The notes under the pieces were generated by a model. The model was not told where the DNA came from. It did not search any database and was given only the letters and a program-made list of their open reading frames with translations. A stretch of 64,000 nucleotides of DNA from Candidatus Bathyarchaeota archaeon (GTDB lineage: Archaea > Thermoproteota > Bathyarchaeia > Bathyarchaeales > Bathycorpusculaceae): contig CAVYES010000004.1 of assembly GCA_963767735.1 (NCBI GenBank), positions 352,001 to 416,000 of the forward strand, in the 5' to 3' direction. The first letter of the stretch is position 1. Each line of letters begins with the position of its first letter. The translations under genes and the position numbers were made by a program. Shown here piece after piece: positions 1-9,901 of the stretch.

Positions 1-156
1 TATTCCGCCTAGCATTATATTTGTTACAAGCTGTATTAACTCGTAGAAGATAATTGCGCCTATGCCAGCAACGATGCCTATTAAGAGACCAGTGACGACC
101 CACTTTCCAACATAACTTTCGTGAAGGATACGGTCAAACATGCTTCTAACTTTCAA
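1..156 (-). CDS. ClC-family chloride channel/antiporter, N-terminal part (runs off the window)
   Basis: Hand translation MKVRSMFDRILHESYVGKWVVTGLLIGIVAGIGAIIFYELIQLVTNIMLGGI resembles the first helix of archaeal ClC proteins. TTG at 156, alternative ATG at 141. Confidence 0.6.
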   Translation of the reverse strand, partial: MKVRSMFDRILHESYVGKWVVTGLLIGIVAGIGAIIFYELIQLVTNIMLGGI

Positions 157-813
157 ATTACATTTCGCCTACGTTTCTAGCCGTTTTTTTATTCTACTTT
201 CTTCATAGCAAGGTGCTTAATCAAGTTCTCGCAATGGAAAAACTCGAAAGCGCCCTGGTTTGTCCCGAAATTCCTAACGTTTATGTTTGAGTTGGTTCTT
301 GTATTTTTTGAGAAACGTCCAAGCTTAGGAGGTGACCCAAGCGGGACAAGATGAGCACGAGACTTGCGCTCTCAATCTCTTTCAATCTTAGCTTTAACCT
401 CGGAAACATCCTCATTCACCCAAGCAGCTTTCAACAAAGATTTAGCTTCCCCAAACTTTTGTCTTTGAAGAAACGAACGAAAGCACTATCTGATTTCTCG
501 TCTCTAACTTTTTGGGTAAGACACAAACAAAATTCTTAGAATAACTCTTAACTTTACTAAAATCAACGACAACGAAACGAAAGCTTTTCAGCAACCACCT
601 ATGTTCACATATAACATTAAATGGACTGACACCAACATTAAAAGAAGCGAAAAACAGTGAAGATGTAGGAATATGTTTTGGTCGAAGAGGAAAGAAATAA
701 GAAACCTAAACTTCCAAAGAAGAGCCTCAATAAAATCTTAAAAAAGACAGGCCAACGTTGAACACCTTAAGCAATAAAATTCAAAGCAAAATCCACTCGC
801 TTCTATATAATTA

Positions 814-2463
814 CTATCGGAAATACGGTTTTTCTCTGGTAGAGCTTAAACCAATTATGCAGTTGATTTTAGTTTTGGTTTTTTTGTTTTTGGTTTTGCG
901 TTTGGGAATTTTTGGAAAAGAATTGTATAGGGCAGAGGCTCTTGCTCGTATGATTTTTCTTGTTTCAACTGTAACAGGCGACGTTGCGATTAGTTTGTCG
1001 AGTTTCTCTTTGTTTTCTTCTATTCTTTTTGTGAATTCTTCGTTGGATATTTTGCCTTCCGATTTTAGTTTTCTCACTTCTTCCATATGCGAGGCTATTA
1101 ACTCGAATTGTTCGTCAATTTCTGTTTCTGGCACGGTTTCGGTTTGCGGTATTTTTTTCCTTACATAGCGGAACAGTAAAGGCACTTGGAAGACGATTGA
1201 GATGAAGGCTACTCCGAGCACCATTGTATCTATTGTATTGATATCTCCCTGAGAAATAACCGCAGAAGCAGTTATCGTAGCCACTAACGCTATGGACAAA
1301 GCACCTCGGACTCCGCCAAGCATCGCGATGTTACGCCAGACGGCAGATATTTTGTCACCAAATTTGTTAAACACAGTAAGTATTGGGTAAACCGTAGCTG
1401 CTCTAGCTATAGTCACAGCTGCATATGCAACCACGATGAGCAGAACTGATTGCGAAAGAGTGATAATATTTGTCTCGAAACCGATGATTAGAAACGCAAT
1501 CGAGTTGCCTAGGAAGGCTGCTATCTGCCAAAAAGTCTTTACGGTTTCCTTTGACGCAGGTTCCATGGCGGACCGCATAGTGAAGTTGCCAAAGTATAAA
1601 CCTGCCACGGCGACCGCTATTAGTCCTGAGGCGCCTATTCCGGTTGCTAAAGCGTACGATCCGTATACCACCGCAACCGTCAAGATGGTTTCGGCCACTC
1701 TGTCCTCTATCAAGCTTGAAAGTACTTCGCCTAGAAACGCTGCTGCCAACCCGATTAAAACGCCTACACCAAGAGTAAATCCGAAATTGAGCGCTGTTTG
1801 GGTTACCGAAATCTGGTGAAGACCAACGGTTGAGAGAATTATTGTGAAAAGAACAATACCGGTAGCGTCGTTGAAGGCTGCTTCGGTGTCTAGCAGCGTA
1901 GATAGTTTGGAAGGCACCTTGACCCGTCGAAAAACCTCTAAAACCGTAACTGTGTCCGTTGGGGCAATCAGTGCTGCGAAAAGAAAAGAAACGGTTGGTG
2001 AAAGGCCGACGCCCTTCCATAGGATAAGCCCACCAACCGCGGTGGCTATTAAAACGCCCACTGTCGCTAACGCTAACGATGGCTTGATGATAGCCCGCAG
2101 ATCACTGGCGCGAAGGTGAATCATGGCTTCGAATATTAAGGGGGGAACAACGATGCCTACGAAAAGACCGCCTCCGCCACCTTGAAGCAATTGAGCGCAG
2201 AGTGATCTCAATTGAGAAATCAGGCTCTCGAAAGACCCTCCCTGAAGGGTAAACGAAGACGCGATTACTGTGATCACAACGCCTGTTAAGACCAAAACGA
2301 GAGTGTACGGTACCTTGAGCTTTGTCGATAGGACTGCAGCTAGGAAAGCTATAAGCAGGAACGCTGCCACAATGAGCTCGATGCTGAGAACCAGAAGACT
2401 ACCCACCTTTGTTACAACTTTTGCATGAAGCTTGTTTTCTAATTCTTCAAAGCCCTTAATCAA
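814..2463 (-). CDS. Na+/H+ antiporter, CPA1 (NhaP/NhaG-like)
   Basis: Many TM helices; motifs PPLIFEA, APTDTV, EAAFNDATG and GGVRGALS. The true start may lie slightly downstream. Confidence 0.9.
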   Translation of the reverse strand: MIKGFEELENKLHAKVVTKVGSLLVLSIELIVAAFLLIAFLAAVLSTKLKVPYTLVLVLTGVVITVIASSFTLQGGSFESLISQLRSLCAQLLQGGGGGLFVGIVVPPLIFEAMIHLRASDLRAIIKPSLALATVGVLIATAVGGLILWKGVGLSPTVSFLFAALIAPTDTVTVLEVFRRVKVPSKLSTLLDTEAAFNDATGIVLFTIILSTVGLHQISVTQTALNFGFTLGVGVLIGLAAAFLGEVLSSLIEDRVAETILTVAVVYGSYALATGIGASGLIAVAVAGLYFGNFTMRSAMEPASKETVKTFWQIAAFLGNSIAFLIIGFETNIITLSQSVLLIVVAYAAVTIARAATVYPILTVFNKFGDKISAVWRNIAMLGGVRGALSIALVATITASAVISQGDINTIDTMVLGVAFISIVFQVPLLFRYVRKKIPQTETVPETEIDEQFELIASHMEEVRKLKSEGKISNEEFTKRIEENKEKLDKLIATSPVTVETRKIIRARASALYNSFPKIPKRKTKNKKTKTKINCIIGLSSTREKPYFR

Positions 2464-2546
2464 TCTGTCTCGGCAACCACAGAGACCAACTACGAAAGAA
2501 AGAAGAACTTAGCGGAATTAATTGGATTTGAGCCTTAAACGGTTGG

Positions 2547-2570
2547 GTCTCTATGGATTTGAACCCAAAA
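2547..2570. repeat. tRNA-3'-end-like repeat, copy 1
   Basis: GTCTCTATGGATTTGAACCCAAAA; its reverse complement contains the T-arm-like GGGTTCAAATCC. A near copy lies at 8788-8811. Confidence 0.45.
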
Positions 2571-2777
2571 CAGGGTTATTGAAGTAGCCTCACTAAACTT
2601 AGTGTAAGTTTTAAACGTAAGTCTAAAAATCTCTGGCCCCACTAAATTAACAAAAGCACTCAACTTTAACATAGTTATTTTATCTTAAGCGATTACTTCA
2701 TCGGTTTTTTGTTAAGCAGAAAAACTATTGCTTTTTAAAATAAACGAAAGCTCTTTTTGGTACCGTACGGCGTTGGC

Positions 2778-3164
2778 TCAGGGCTTCATCAAGATAATAC
2801 GAATAGGCTCTATTCTCAGAATGACCCTATCGCCGTGCTGCCTGTAGTCCATGTCCATATACTTATGCGCAAGCTTATCTATATGTTCCTCAGCGCCTTC
2901 TTTTCTTATCTCAACAACCTTGCCCCTAATGAAAAGCGAATCGTACGGGTCATTCATGTTGAATACGCTTAGGGCCACACGAGGATCACGCCTAATATTT
3001 CTTGTTTTGACCCTGTTCTCTGTTGTATTGATCAGTACGGTGTCGCCATCGTGGTCTATCCAAGTGGTCGTTACGTGGGGGGAACCATTCTTCATCAACG
3101 TGGCAATGTTTGCGAAATTTTTCCCTTCAATCAATTTCTTAGCTTTTTCTGGCAGGTTTACCAT
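2778..3164 (-). CDS. PPOX-class (pyridoxamine 5'-phosphate oxidase-like) putative F420-dependent oxidoreductase
   Basis: Motifs ATLMKNGSPHVTTTW, KTRNIRRDPRVALSV, IDKLAHKY; 128 aa split-barrel size. Confidence 0.85.
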   Translation of the reverse strand: MVNLPEKAKKLIEGKNFANIATLMKNGSPHVTTTWIDHDGDTVLINTTENRVKTRNIRRDPRVALSVFNMNDPYDSLFIRGKVVEIRKEGAEEHIDKLAHKYMDMDYRQHGDRVILRIEPIRIILMKP

Positions 3165-3221
3165 ATGGTCACCATACTAAGGAAGGGGGCACAATGATTA
3201 ATAACTTTCTTGGCTAGCGCG

Positions 3222-3701
3222 CTATATAGATTGCTTCAACTTCAAAGCAAACTCTTCAGCATGTTTGAGGTCTTCGGCGTTAGGTCTGCCTTTATTCAAT
3301 CCACCAAACCGGCCGTAGATACGATTAGTGTTAAATCCTTTGCAATTAAACTCATCAACAACAGTGTAGCCTTTAGATTGCAGTTTCTCCTTAAGTGCTG
3401 TGTGAAATTTGCCTGTAACTTTTCCAAAGACCATTGAGTCAACGCTCACGAAACTTGTTGAGAAAATGAATGCTTTCTTATCGGTGACTTGTGGGAGTTT
3501 GTCGGCTAGTTCAAGCAGACTTTCGTGGTGTTTTTCATCGTATATTCCTGACCCGAACCCTACTAAGTCAAACTGTTGAAGCTCTTCTGGGTTAGTTTGC
3601 TGCGGAGTTTTGAGTTGCGCATCGAGAACTTTTGCCATAGCTTCAGCTACTTTCTGAGTATTATTGTGATGATAAGAATAACAAACTACCAGAGACTTCA
3701 T
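3222..3701 (-). CDS. Flavodoxin-like protein
   Basis: Phosphate loop YSYHHNNTQKVA, FGSGIY, C-terminal GRPNAEDL. Confidence 0.85.
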   Translation of the reverse strand: MKSLVVCYSYHHNNTQKVAEAMAKVLDAQLKTPQQTNPEELQQFDLVGFGSGIYDEKHHESLLELADKLPQVTDKKAFIFSTSFVSVDSMVFGKVTGKFHTALKEKLQSKGYTVVDEFNCKGFNTNRIYGRFGGLNKGRPNAEDLKHAEEFALKLKQSI

Positions 3702-3878
3702 GATGTACTCAACCTACGACTTCATTGTATGCGTTACAATTAACTTCTTTTCCTAACTAACAATAATGCATTGTGCTCACTTATCAGTAGAAAGAAAGTC
3801 GAGCGCACTATTTTTACCCTGTAAGCTGTGCGATTTCCTAAGGATGCAAACAACCGCAATGTAGGGCAAATATAGGGT

Positions 3879-5246
3879 CTACTTTTTGAGTTGAACACCC
3901 TGCCGCCACACAGCTTGGATGGACAGCGTATCGGAGATGTTCGTCGTCGGGTCCCCATCGACCAGCAGCAGGTCGGCACGAGCCCCTGGAGCGACTCGGC
4001 CTCGGTCAGTTAGGGAAAACCGGCGCGCAGGGGTGGACGTCGCTGCCTGCAAAGCTTCAACCGGGGTCAATCCAGCTGCGACCAGAAGTTGCAGTTCTTG
4101 GTGCAAACTGGCGCCGTGGGCAAGTCCACCGAGGCTGGGAATAGGCTCCGACACATCACAACCTGCCAGAATATCCACACCCGCCTTGTGGAGGGCCATG
4201 ACGCCGGCATAAGCATCTTCAAGCTTTCCTTCGGGGTAGACGTTCATGCTGCGGGAGAGCGAGTCGAGCCACTTCTGGCTCAGCCTGGAACTTACTCGTT
4301 TGTCGGCTGCCAGCGCGGATGCGTTATTGCCAACGGCAGAGGAGATTGTCACCAGGGTTGGTATAACAAACGCACCTGAGGATGCAGCGGCATCCACAAA
4401 TTTGGGAGAAGGCTGACTGTCAAAGAATATGTGCGCCAGCCCATCTACTCCAGCCGCAATAGCTCGCCTGCCTCCTTCAGCGGTCGTCACATGGGCGATG
4501 GCCATCTTACCATTACGATGAGCTTCTTTTACGGTTGCATTGAGGGTTTCATCATTCAGTACAGGAAGTCCGGGGAAACCGATACAGGTTCCATCTTCTA
4601 TAAAGATTTTAATGTAGTCGGCTCCTTGGGCGATCTGTTTGTCTACGAATTTGACTGCCTCGTCAGGGGTCGAGACAGTCGGATAACGGTAGAAGAAGCG
4701 TATAAGTAAGTTGTTGCTTGAGCTCATATATTCAGTTGGATGACCTCCTGGAGGAGTGAGGCCCATCCCTGGAGAGCGCAAATCAGCGATATCTCTCCGT
4801 TCAGCGATTTTTTTACGCATCCTCGGTGTCCAATGGCCGTTCATCTCCAGCTCTGTGGTGACACCAAACAACAGCGCGTCCCGCAAGCCGCTCAGGTCGG
4901 TATGCACATGGGAGTCAATCAAGCCGGGCATCAGGGTTGCGCCGTGACCATCGATGACAGTGGCCCCGGCTGGTACCTCGCCACCCACCGCCTGTATATA
5001 TGCCCCTTTGATCACCACAGTCGTGTCGTCGATGACACGGTCACCGTCGAAGATCCTCGCGTTGGTTATGGCTGTAATCCGATCTTGTAAAAGTACTGGC
5101 TTATTTCTGCCACCCCTCAAAACTCCAACAGCAAGAGTCCCGGCAACAACGGCCGTTACCGTTTTCAGGAAGGTCTTTTTGGACATTTCACGCTCGTGAT
5201 TATGCTTGTTTTCATAAATGCATTTTTCACATTTCATAGCAGTCAC
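3879..5246 (-). CDS. Metal-dependent amidohydrolase
   Basis: PGLIDSHVH (HxH), YIKIF, AHV, GLAH, AGCD and GRVAPGARADLLLVDGDP motifs. Visibly GC-richer than the flanks. The start may be the internal Met of MSKKTFLK. Confidence 0.9.
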   Translation of the reverse strand: MTAMKCEKCIYENKHNHEREMSKKTFLKTVTAVVAGTLAVGVLRGGRNKPVLLQDRITAITNARIFDGDRVIDDTTVVIKGAYIQAVGGEVPAGATVIDGHGATLMPGLIDSHVHTDLSGLRDALLFGVTTELEMNGHWTPRMRKKIAERRDIADLRSPGMGLTPPGGHPTEYMSSSNNLLIRFFYRYPTVSTPDEAVKFVDKQIAQGADYIKIFIEDGTCIGFPGLPVLNDETLNATVKEAHRNGKMAIAHVTTAEGGRRAIAAGVDGLAHIFFDSQPSPKFVDAAASSGAFVIPTLVTISSAVGNNASALAADKRVSSRLSQKWLDSLSRSMNVYPEGKLEDAYAGVMALHKAGVDILAGCDVSEPIPSLGGLAHGASLHQELQLLVAAGLTPVEALQAATSTPARRFSLTDRGRVAPGARADLLLVDGDPTTNISDTLSIQAVWRQGVQLKK

Positions 5247-5488
5247 GTCGCATATTCCTTCTTATCGTTGTAGTCGAATACAGTCACTTTCTTATAAAAG
5301 ACTACCAAAAGCTTTAATGGGTACCAAAAGCTCGGTTTATTTGGAGATTTTTTATGACAAGTTTTTCTGTCTTCTCTTTGCCCTTTCTCTCCAGTCTACA
5401 AGAATGAACACTGCGAGAAATATCGAGGGAAGCGTGAGCAACTCGTTCATGGTGGTTCAAAACCAGCGAATAGATTCTAAGGAATGAG

Positions 5489-6424
5489 GTGAATATGGTC
5501 CAAAAAAGGAAAATCCGTAAGGTGTTTAAAAGCATGGTCACTCTCGAAGGGGCCGGAGTCCATCTTCACAGGGTGTTTGCTAATGGCGAGGTGCCGCTCT
5601 TTGATCCCTTCCTGCTTCTCGACGATTTCAGTAACACCCAACGCAGCCAGTACATTAAGGGTTTTCCCTGGCACCCTCATCGCGGCATCGAAACTATTAC
5701 GTACGTCCTGAAGGGCGATATTGAGCACGGTGACAGTCTAGGCAACGCGGGAATCATCTCCTCCGGTGATATGCAATGGATGACGGCGGGTAGTGGCATC
5801 ATTCACCAGGAGATGCCGAAGGGAGATAAGAATGGCGCAATGGAAGGCTTTCAACTGTGGGCGAATCTTCCGGCATCACACAAAATGATGTCTCCTCGTT
5901 ACCGAGATATAAAAAGCGATCAGGTCCCGAAGGTTGAAACCGCTAGCGGCGCTGAGGTACGAGTCATCTGCGGTACTCTGGATGGAAAGCAGGGACCGGT
6001 CACTGATGTTGTAAGTGAGCCTGAGTATCTGGACGTTACCGTACCGATTGCTTCCGATTTCGTCCATGATATCCCCCAAGGGCACACAGCCTTCGCCTAC
6101 GTTATCTCTGGGAAAGGCATCTTCAGCGATGAAACAAATCCCTTTGGGTATGATGCCCAGGGAGAGAATTACTTCGACATGCAGCGTGACGCATATATTC
6201 GAAAAGGATCGGCAGTGCTCTTCACCGATGGTGACCGGGTGATAGTAAAAGCTCCAGAAGAGGAGTTGCGTTTATTACTTATTTCAGGTCGACCTATCAG
6301 GGAACCCGTGGCATGGTGGGGTCCTATCGTCATGAATACCGAAGCGGAGCTAAAGACTGCGTTCGAGGAATATGCAAACGGCACATTTATCAAACACAAG
6401 TCACGGCTGGACCCAGTTGTGTGA
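5489..6424 (+). CDS. Pirin-family protein
   Basis: FDPFLLLD, GFPWHPHRGIETITY, QWMTAGSGIIHQE, FQLWANLP, GPIVMNT. Confidence 0.95.
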   Translation: MNMVQKRKIRKVFKSMVTLEGAGVHLHRVFANGEVPLFDPFLLLDDFSNTQRSQYIKGFPWHPHRGIETITYVLKGDIEHGDSLGNAGIISSGDMQWMTAGSGIIHQEMPKGDKNGAMEGFQLWANLPASHKMMSPRYRDIKSDQVPKVETASGAEVRVICGTLDGKQGPVTDVVSEPEYLDVTVPIASDFVHDIPQGHTAFAYVISGKGIFSDETNPFGYDAQGENYFDMQRDAYIRKGSAVLFTDGDRVIVKAPEEELRLLLISGRPIREPVAWWGPIVMNTEAELKTAFEEYANGTFIKHKSRLDPVV

Positions 6425-6485
6425 TGTGCTTCTAAATCGTCGAGCCTTTTCTTATCCGCAAGCTCCCTTGCAAAAATATGTTTCT

Positions 6486-6499
6486 AAGCGCGCCGCGCT
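6486..6499. repeat. 14-bp GC-rich direct repeat AAGCGCGCCGCGCT, copy 1
   Basis: Identical copy at 7591-7604; the pair brackets the DUF4331-like gene. Confidence 0.6.
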
Positions 6500-6508
6500 A
6501 TCTTCTCC

Positions 6509-7504
6509 TCACATCTTTGCTTCAAAAGTCTTCGGGCTGTGTGGTGCACCCAGATAGGGGAACTCGTCCAGCAAGTCAGCATGCGGTCCGGTCTTGTCAG
6601 ATGTTAGCCTGCCATTATACACAGTCAGAAAGACGTTTTTCGAATCGTCCCTAGGCGTGCGCCCGTTTCCAGGATACGACGCGAGCTTCATGGGATTGTA
6701 GGGCAAGACGTCAGGCAACAGGCTCATTGCCGCTGCCTTCGCACCTTCAGGGGTGTAACCGGCAGTGTGCTCAAGGACGTGTGCAAACATCGGCACGAAT
6801 CTTTCGTCCTGCGCAGGTTCGCCGTCGAGGTATGCCCCTTTTTCGGCGTCCGTCATAAAGGGGGTCTGAGTGGGCCGAGCTCCGCGGTCGGCCTGCACCC
6901 ATTTACCGTCAACCTGCACAAGGGAACGATGCCAAAGATTCAAACTCACCCCGCCGCCAATGTCGCTGATAGGCAGCTCCAAGGCTATGCTGCAAACATC
7001 CTTGTCGGCAAAGAAGTCCTTCCCCGTGAATTGCATTTTGTTTAGAGCACCGTCCACGTCGAAGAAAAACGGGTCACTGCGCCAGCCAGCAAAAAAACGA
7101 TACGCGTCAGACTCCGTCACCTTCGCCTCGCGACCCATCGAAACGGGCGCTCCTTGAATGATGACTTTGCCTTCTTCGCCTTTGCCAGCAACCTCAGGTC
7201 CTTCCGCCCGACGCACAGTCGCCTTCATTGTACCATCGCCGCTGTAGATGAAGCGCGTTCGATAGGCGATGTCTGCGACCAAGTCCCCATTCGCGTCCAC
7301 TCTTAGTTCATAGAGGGCCTCTGGCGCGAAGGGTTCCGTAGTTGTCGGTACCAGTGGTTTTAGTCCAGATGAGGGATGCATGTTCATAATCACAATCGAC
7401 TTGCTGGAGTCGCCACGTTTGGGAAACGCGAAAAGGTCAGTGAGATTCACACGTGCGTCTCCACGCGGAAAGCCTAAATTCGGTCCAGAATAATGGTGCG
7501 TCGT
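6509..7504 (-). CDS. DUF4331-like protein, probable ACG start
   Basis: Motifs LTDLFAF, FAGWRSDPFFFD, YPGNGR and FPYLGAPH. The open frame extends 18 codons upstream of GTG 7450 (TTHHYSGPNLGFPRGDAR) to ACG at 7504, with GGAGG 8 nt upstream. Confidence 0.7.
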   Translation of the reverse strand, partial: TTHHYSGPNLGFPRGDARVNLTDLFAFPKRGDSSKSIVIMNMHPSSGLKPLVPTTTEPFAPEALYELRVDANGDLVADIAYRTRFIYSGDGTMKATVRRAEGPEVAGKGEEGKVIIQGAPVSMGREAKVTESDAYRFFAGWRSDPFFFDVDGALNKMQFTGKDFFADKDVCSIALELPISDIGGGVSLNLWHRSLVQVDGKWVQADRGARPTQTPFMTDAEKGAYLDGEPAQDERFVPMFAHVLEHTAGYTPEGAKAAAMSLLPDVLPYNPMKLASYPGNGRTPRDDSKNVFLTVYNGRLTSDKTGPHADLLDEFPYLGAPHSPKTFEAKM

Positions 7505-7590
7505 GTTCTTAACCTCCTCAAAATACTGTCTGACCAGTGAATAATCTGACCAATAAAAACTTTTGTGGCTACATCAAGTGGCAACACCAG

Positions 7591-7604
7591 AAGCGCGCCG
7601 CGCT
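7591..7604. repeat. 14-bp GC-rich direct repeat AAGCGCGCCGCGCT, copy 2
   Basis: Identical to 6486-6499. Confidence 0.6.
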
Positions 7605-7746
7605 CCACACGAGTTAGACAATGTCTTTAGAACTAAGGCAGAGACTTACTGAATAGTTGATAGAATAAACTGACTCAACTCAAGACAATGAGAAAAAGAA
7701 AAAGTGGAGGTTTTGCATTTAATGGTAAGAAATTCTAAGTCGGGAG

Positions 7747-8604
7747 TTAAACTGTCATGGATTCTGCTTCTTGATCCGAGGTTTTTCCTTCGAAGAAAGC
7801 CAGAAGATCCTCGTTCACTTGTTGCTTGTGTGTGGTGCACATGCCATGCGGCGCGCCCTTGTAGACTTTGAGCGTTGCTTTCTTGACGATTTTGGCGGAG
7901 AGCATACCCGAGTCGGCAATGGGAACAATCTGATCATCATCGCCCTGAAGAATCAAGGTTGGCACCTCGATTTTTTTGAGATCTTCCGTCATATCTGTTT
8001 CTGAGAATGCTTTGATACAGAAATATGCTGCTGGAAATCCTGCCATCATGCCTTGATGCCAGAAATTCTCGCGCACGCCTTCCGAAATTTTGGCGTTTGG
8101 TCTGTTGTAGCCGTAGAATGGCATCGAGAGGTCTTTAAAGAATTGCGAACGGTCAGCTATGACGTTTGCGCGCATTTGGTCAAAAATTTCTATTGGTAAC
8201 CCTCCGGGATTGTCTGCTGTATTAACCATTAACGGTGGAACCGCGCCGATCAGCACAGCTTTTGCGACTCTTTTGTTTCCATGGCGACCTATGTATCTTG
8301 TAACTTCGCCGCCTCCGGTTGAATGTCCAACCAGAATTACATTTTTTAGGTCAAGCTTTTCGATGATCTCATTAAGGTCATCCGCGTATGTGTCCATGTC
8401 ATTTCCGTTCCAAGGTTGACCTGAGCGTCCGTGCCCTCTTCGGTCATGCGCGATGCAGCGGTAACCTTTAGGCGCCAGATAGAACATTTGATCTTCGAAA
8501 GCATCGCCATTTAGTGGCCAGCCATGACTGAAAACAACGGGTTGCCCCTTGCCCCAATCTTTATAATAAATCTTCGTACCATCTTTAGTAATAATATTAG
8601 GCAT
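7747..8604 (-). CDS. Non-heme chloroperoxidase / arylesterase-like alpha/beta hydrolase
   Basis: [15 protein letters not shown], nucleophile elbow [21 protein letters not shown]. Confidence 0.92.
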   Translation of the reverse strand: MPNIITKDGTKIYYKDWGKGQPVVFSHGWPLNGDAFEDQMFYLAPKGYRCIAHDRRGHGRSGQPWNGNDMDTYADDLNEIIEKLDLKNVILVGHSTGGGEVTRYIGRHGNKRVAKAVLIGAVPPLMVNTADNPGGLPIEIFDQMRANVIADRSQFFKDLSMPFYGYNRPNAKISEGVRENFWHQGMMAGFPAAYFCIKAFSETDMTEDLKKIEVPTLILQGDDDQIVPIADSGMLSAKIVKKATLKVYKGAPHGMCTTHKQQVNEDLLAFFEGKTSDQEAESMTV

Positions 8605-8787
8605 TTCAACAACTCCAGTTCCAAGAAAGGGAGCATAAATATTTTAGAATTTATGACTTCGCGCCGACTACAACAGGTATCAGCTTCAAATGCTTCCAAT
8701 GATTACCAGCAACAACTGATTTGTAATGTCTCAAAAAAGAGTGCTCTGACGTTGCTGGAGAAAAAATATAGAAGCGTAGGTCAGTGA

Positions 8788-8811
8788 GTCTCTATGGAAT
8801 TTGAACCAAAA
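8788..8811. repeat. tRNA-3'-end-like repeat, copy 2
   Basis: GTCTCTATGGAATTTGAACCAAAA, a near copy of 2547-2570. Confidence 0.45.
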
Positions 8812-8952
8812 TACCTTTTTACTGCAGCTTCATCAGCTAATTCAACCCTCACAGCCTACAACCTCATATCTTTTGTTTAATAAGGTTCTGTCAAGTCTCC
8901 GTTTGTTGACTTTCCATGTCAACTTTCGTCTGCTTATAGCGCATTTTCATTC

Positions 8953-9492
8953 TTAATGATGAGCCATTCGTTCGTCTACTTCTTTACTCAGCTCAGGGTA
9001 TTTTTTTCGTAGGAATTTTTCAGATTCCATAGTGGTCAAAATCTTATAGGGAATATCTTTCTCATGGTAAAATTCTTTTGCCATTTCCACTTTCTTGGGT
9101 ATATTCGAAACAAGAATTGGAGAAAAATTTGAGGCAGAATACCATGTGTCGCATAGAACGAGTATGCTATCATCCTCGTTTAGACCATGAATAGATGCAT
9201 TGTCTACTATAATCAAGGCGTTACCTAAAGCAACAATAACTTCTTTTTGTTTTGGAGAAGGTTTCTCGCCTAAGAATTTTATGGCAAAATGTGCCAAAGC
9301 TTCCTTGGATGTTATTGCAAAAATACAATCAGGTTGTTCCGCTTTTCTTAGAATAATAAAATTGGCGATGAATCTGGAGGACTTCCATGCATTAACGCTT
9401 TTTGCAGTTAATGCTCGTAGCCTAAAGGCATCATGAAAAACGGAGTGGCATAAAACCAACACTATCTCGCGTTCTGCACCTGCCTCCTCCAT
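8953..9492 (-). CDS. PIN-fold-like protein (IS passenger)
   Basis: Pattern IVLVLCHSVF...EDDSILVLC...PILVSN parallels PIN strands and acidic positions, but the first Asp appears to be Cys. Confidence 0.45.
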   Translation of the reverse strand: MEEAGAEREIVLVLCHSVFHDAFRLRALTAKSVNAWKSSRFIANFIILRKAEQPDCIFAITSKEALAHFAIKFLGEKPSPKQKEVIVALGNALIIVDNASIHGLNEDDSILVLCDTWYSASNFSPILVSNIPKKVEMAKEFYHEKDIPYKILTTMESEKFLRKKYPELSKEVDERMAHH

Positions 9493-9515
9493 AAAATCTC
9501 CTTCTTAATTTTTGA

Positions 9516-9743
9516 TTATGCTTTTGCTCTATTAAGCAAAAATGAGACAGGATCACCATCTATTTTCTCAATGCTGTATTCTGGAAGAGAATTTATAGAG
9601 GTTGTAAGAAGTACAAGGTCGTTTGCTTCTAAACCCATTTTTGTTGCTTCTTCTCTAGCACGACCTTGTAAAACCTTAACTTTTCGAATAGAAATATCCG
9701 TTGGCATATCGATAAGTACCCCTTTTTTCCTTGATTTAGGCAT
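9516..9743 (-). CDS. Small hypothetical protein (IS passenger, possible antitoxin partner)
   Basis: 75 aa ORF with GGAG upstream, co-oriented directly upstream of the PIN-like ORF. Confidence 0.5.
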   Translation of the reverse strand: MPKSRKKGVLIDMPTDISIRKVKVLQGRAREEATKMGLEANDLVLLTTSINSLPEYSIEKIDGDPVSFLLNRAKA

Positions 9744-9901
9744 ATTGTAGTTTCTCCTACTTTAATCTTGCCTAGAAGCTTTTCCCAACTCAAATCAATT
9801 ATGAAGGGAAACACTGAATTGTAACTCAGTGCCAAGCGTATTTAATTATTTGTTGTCGCATTGAGTTACAACAAGCATTCACATAAGCATAAAAAAGATA
9901 T

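Noticed and set aside
170-810. Short ORFs (351-539 and minus-strand fragments)
   Set aside because: No recognisable motifs and interrupted frames; cannot be supported as genes.
2541-2580. Possible tRNA gene
   Set aside because: Only a T-arm/acceptor-like fragment is present; no D or anticodon arm can be folded.
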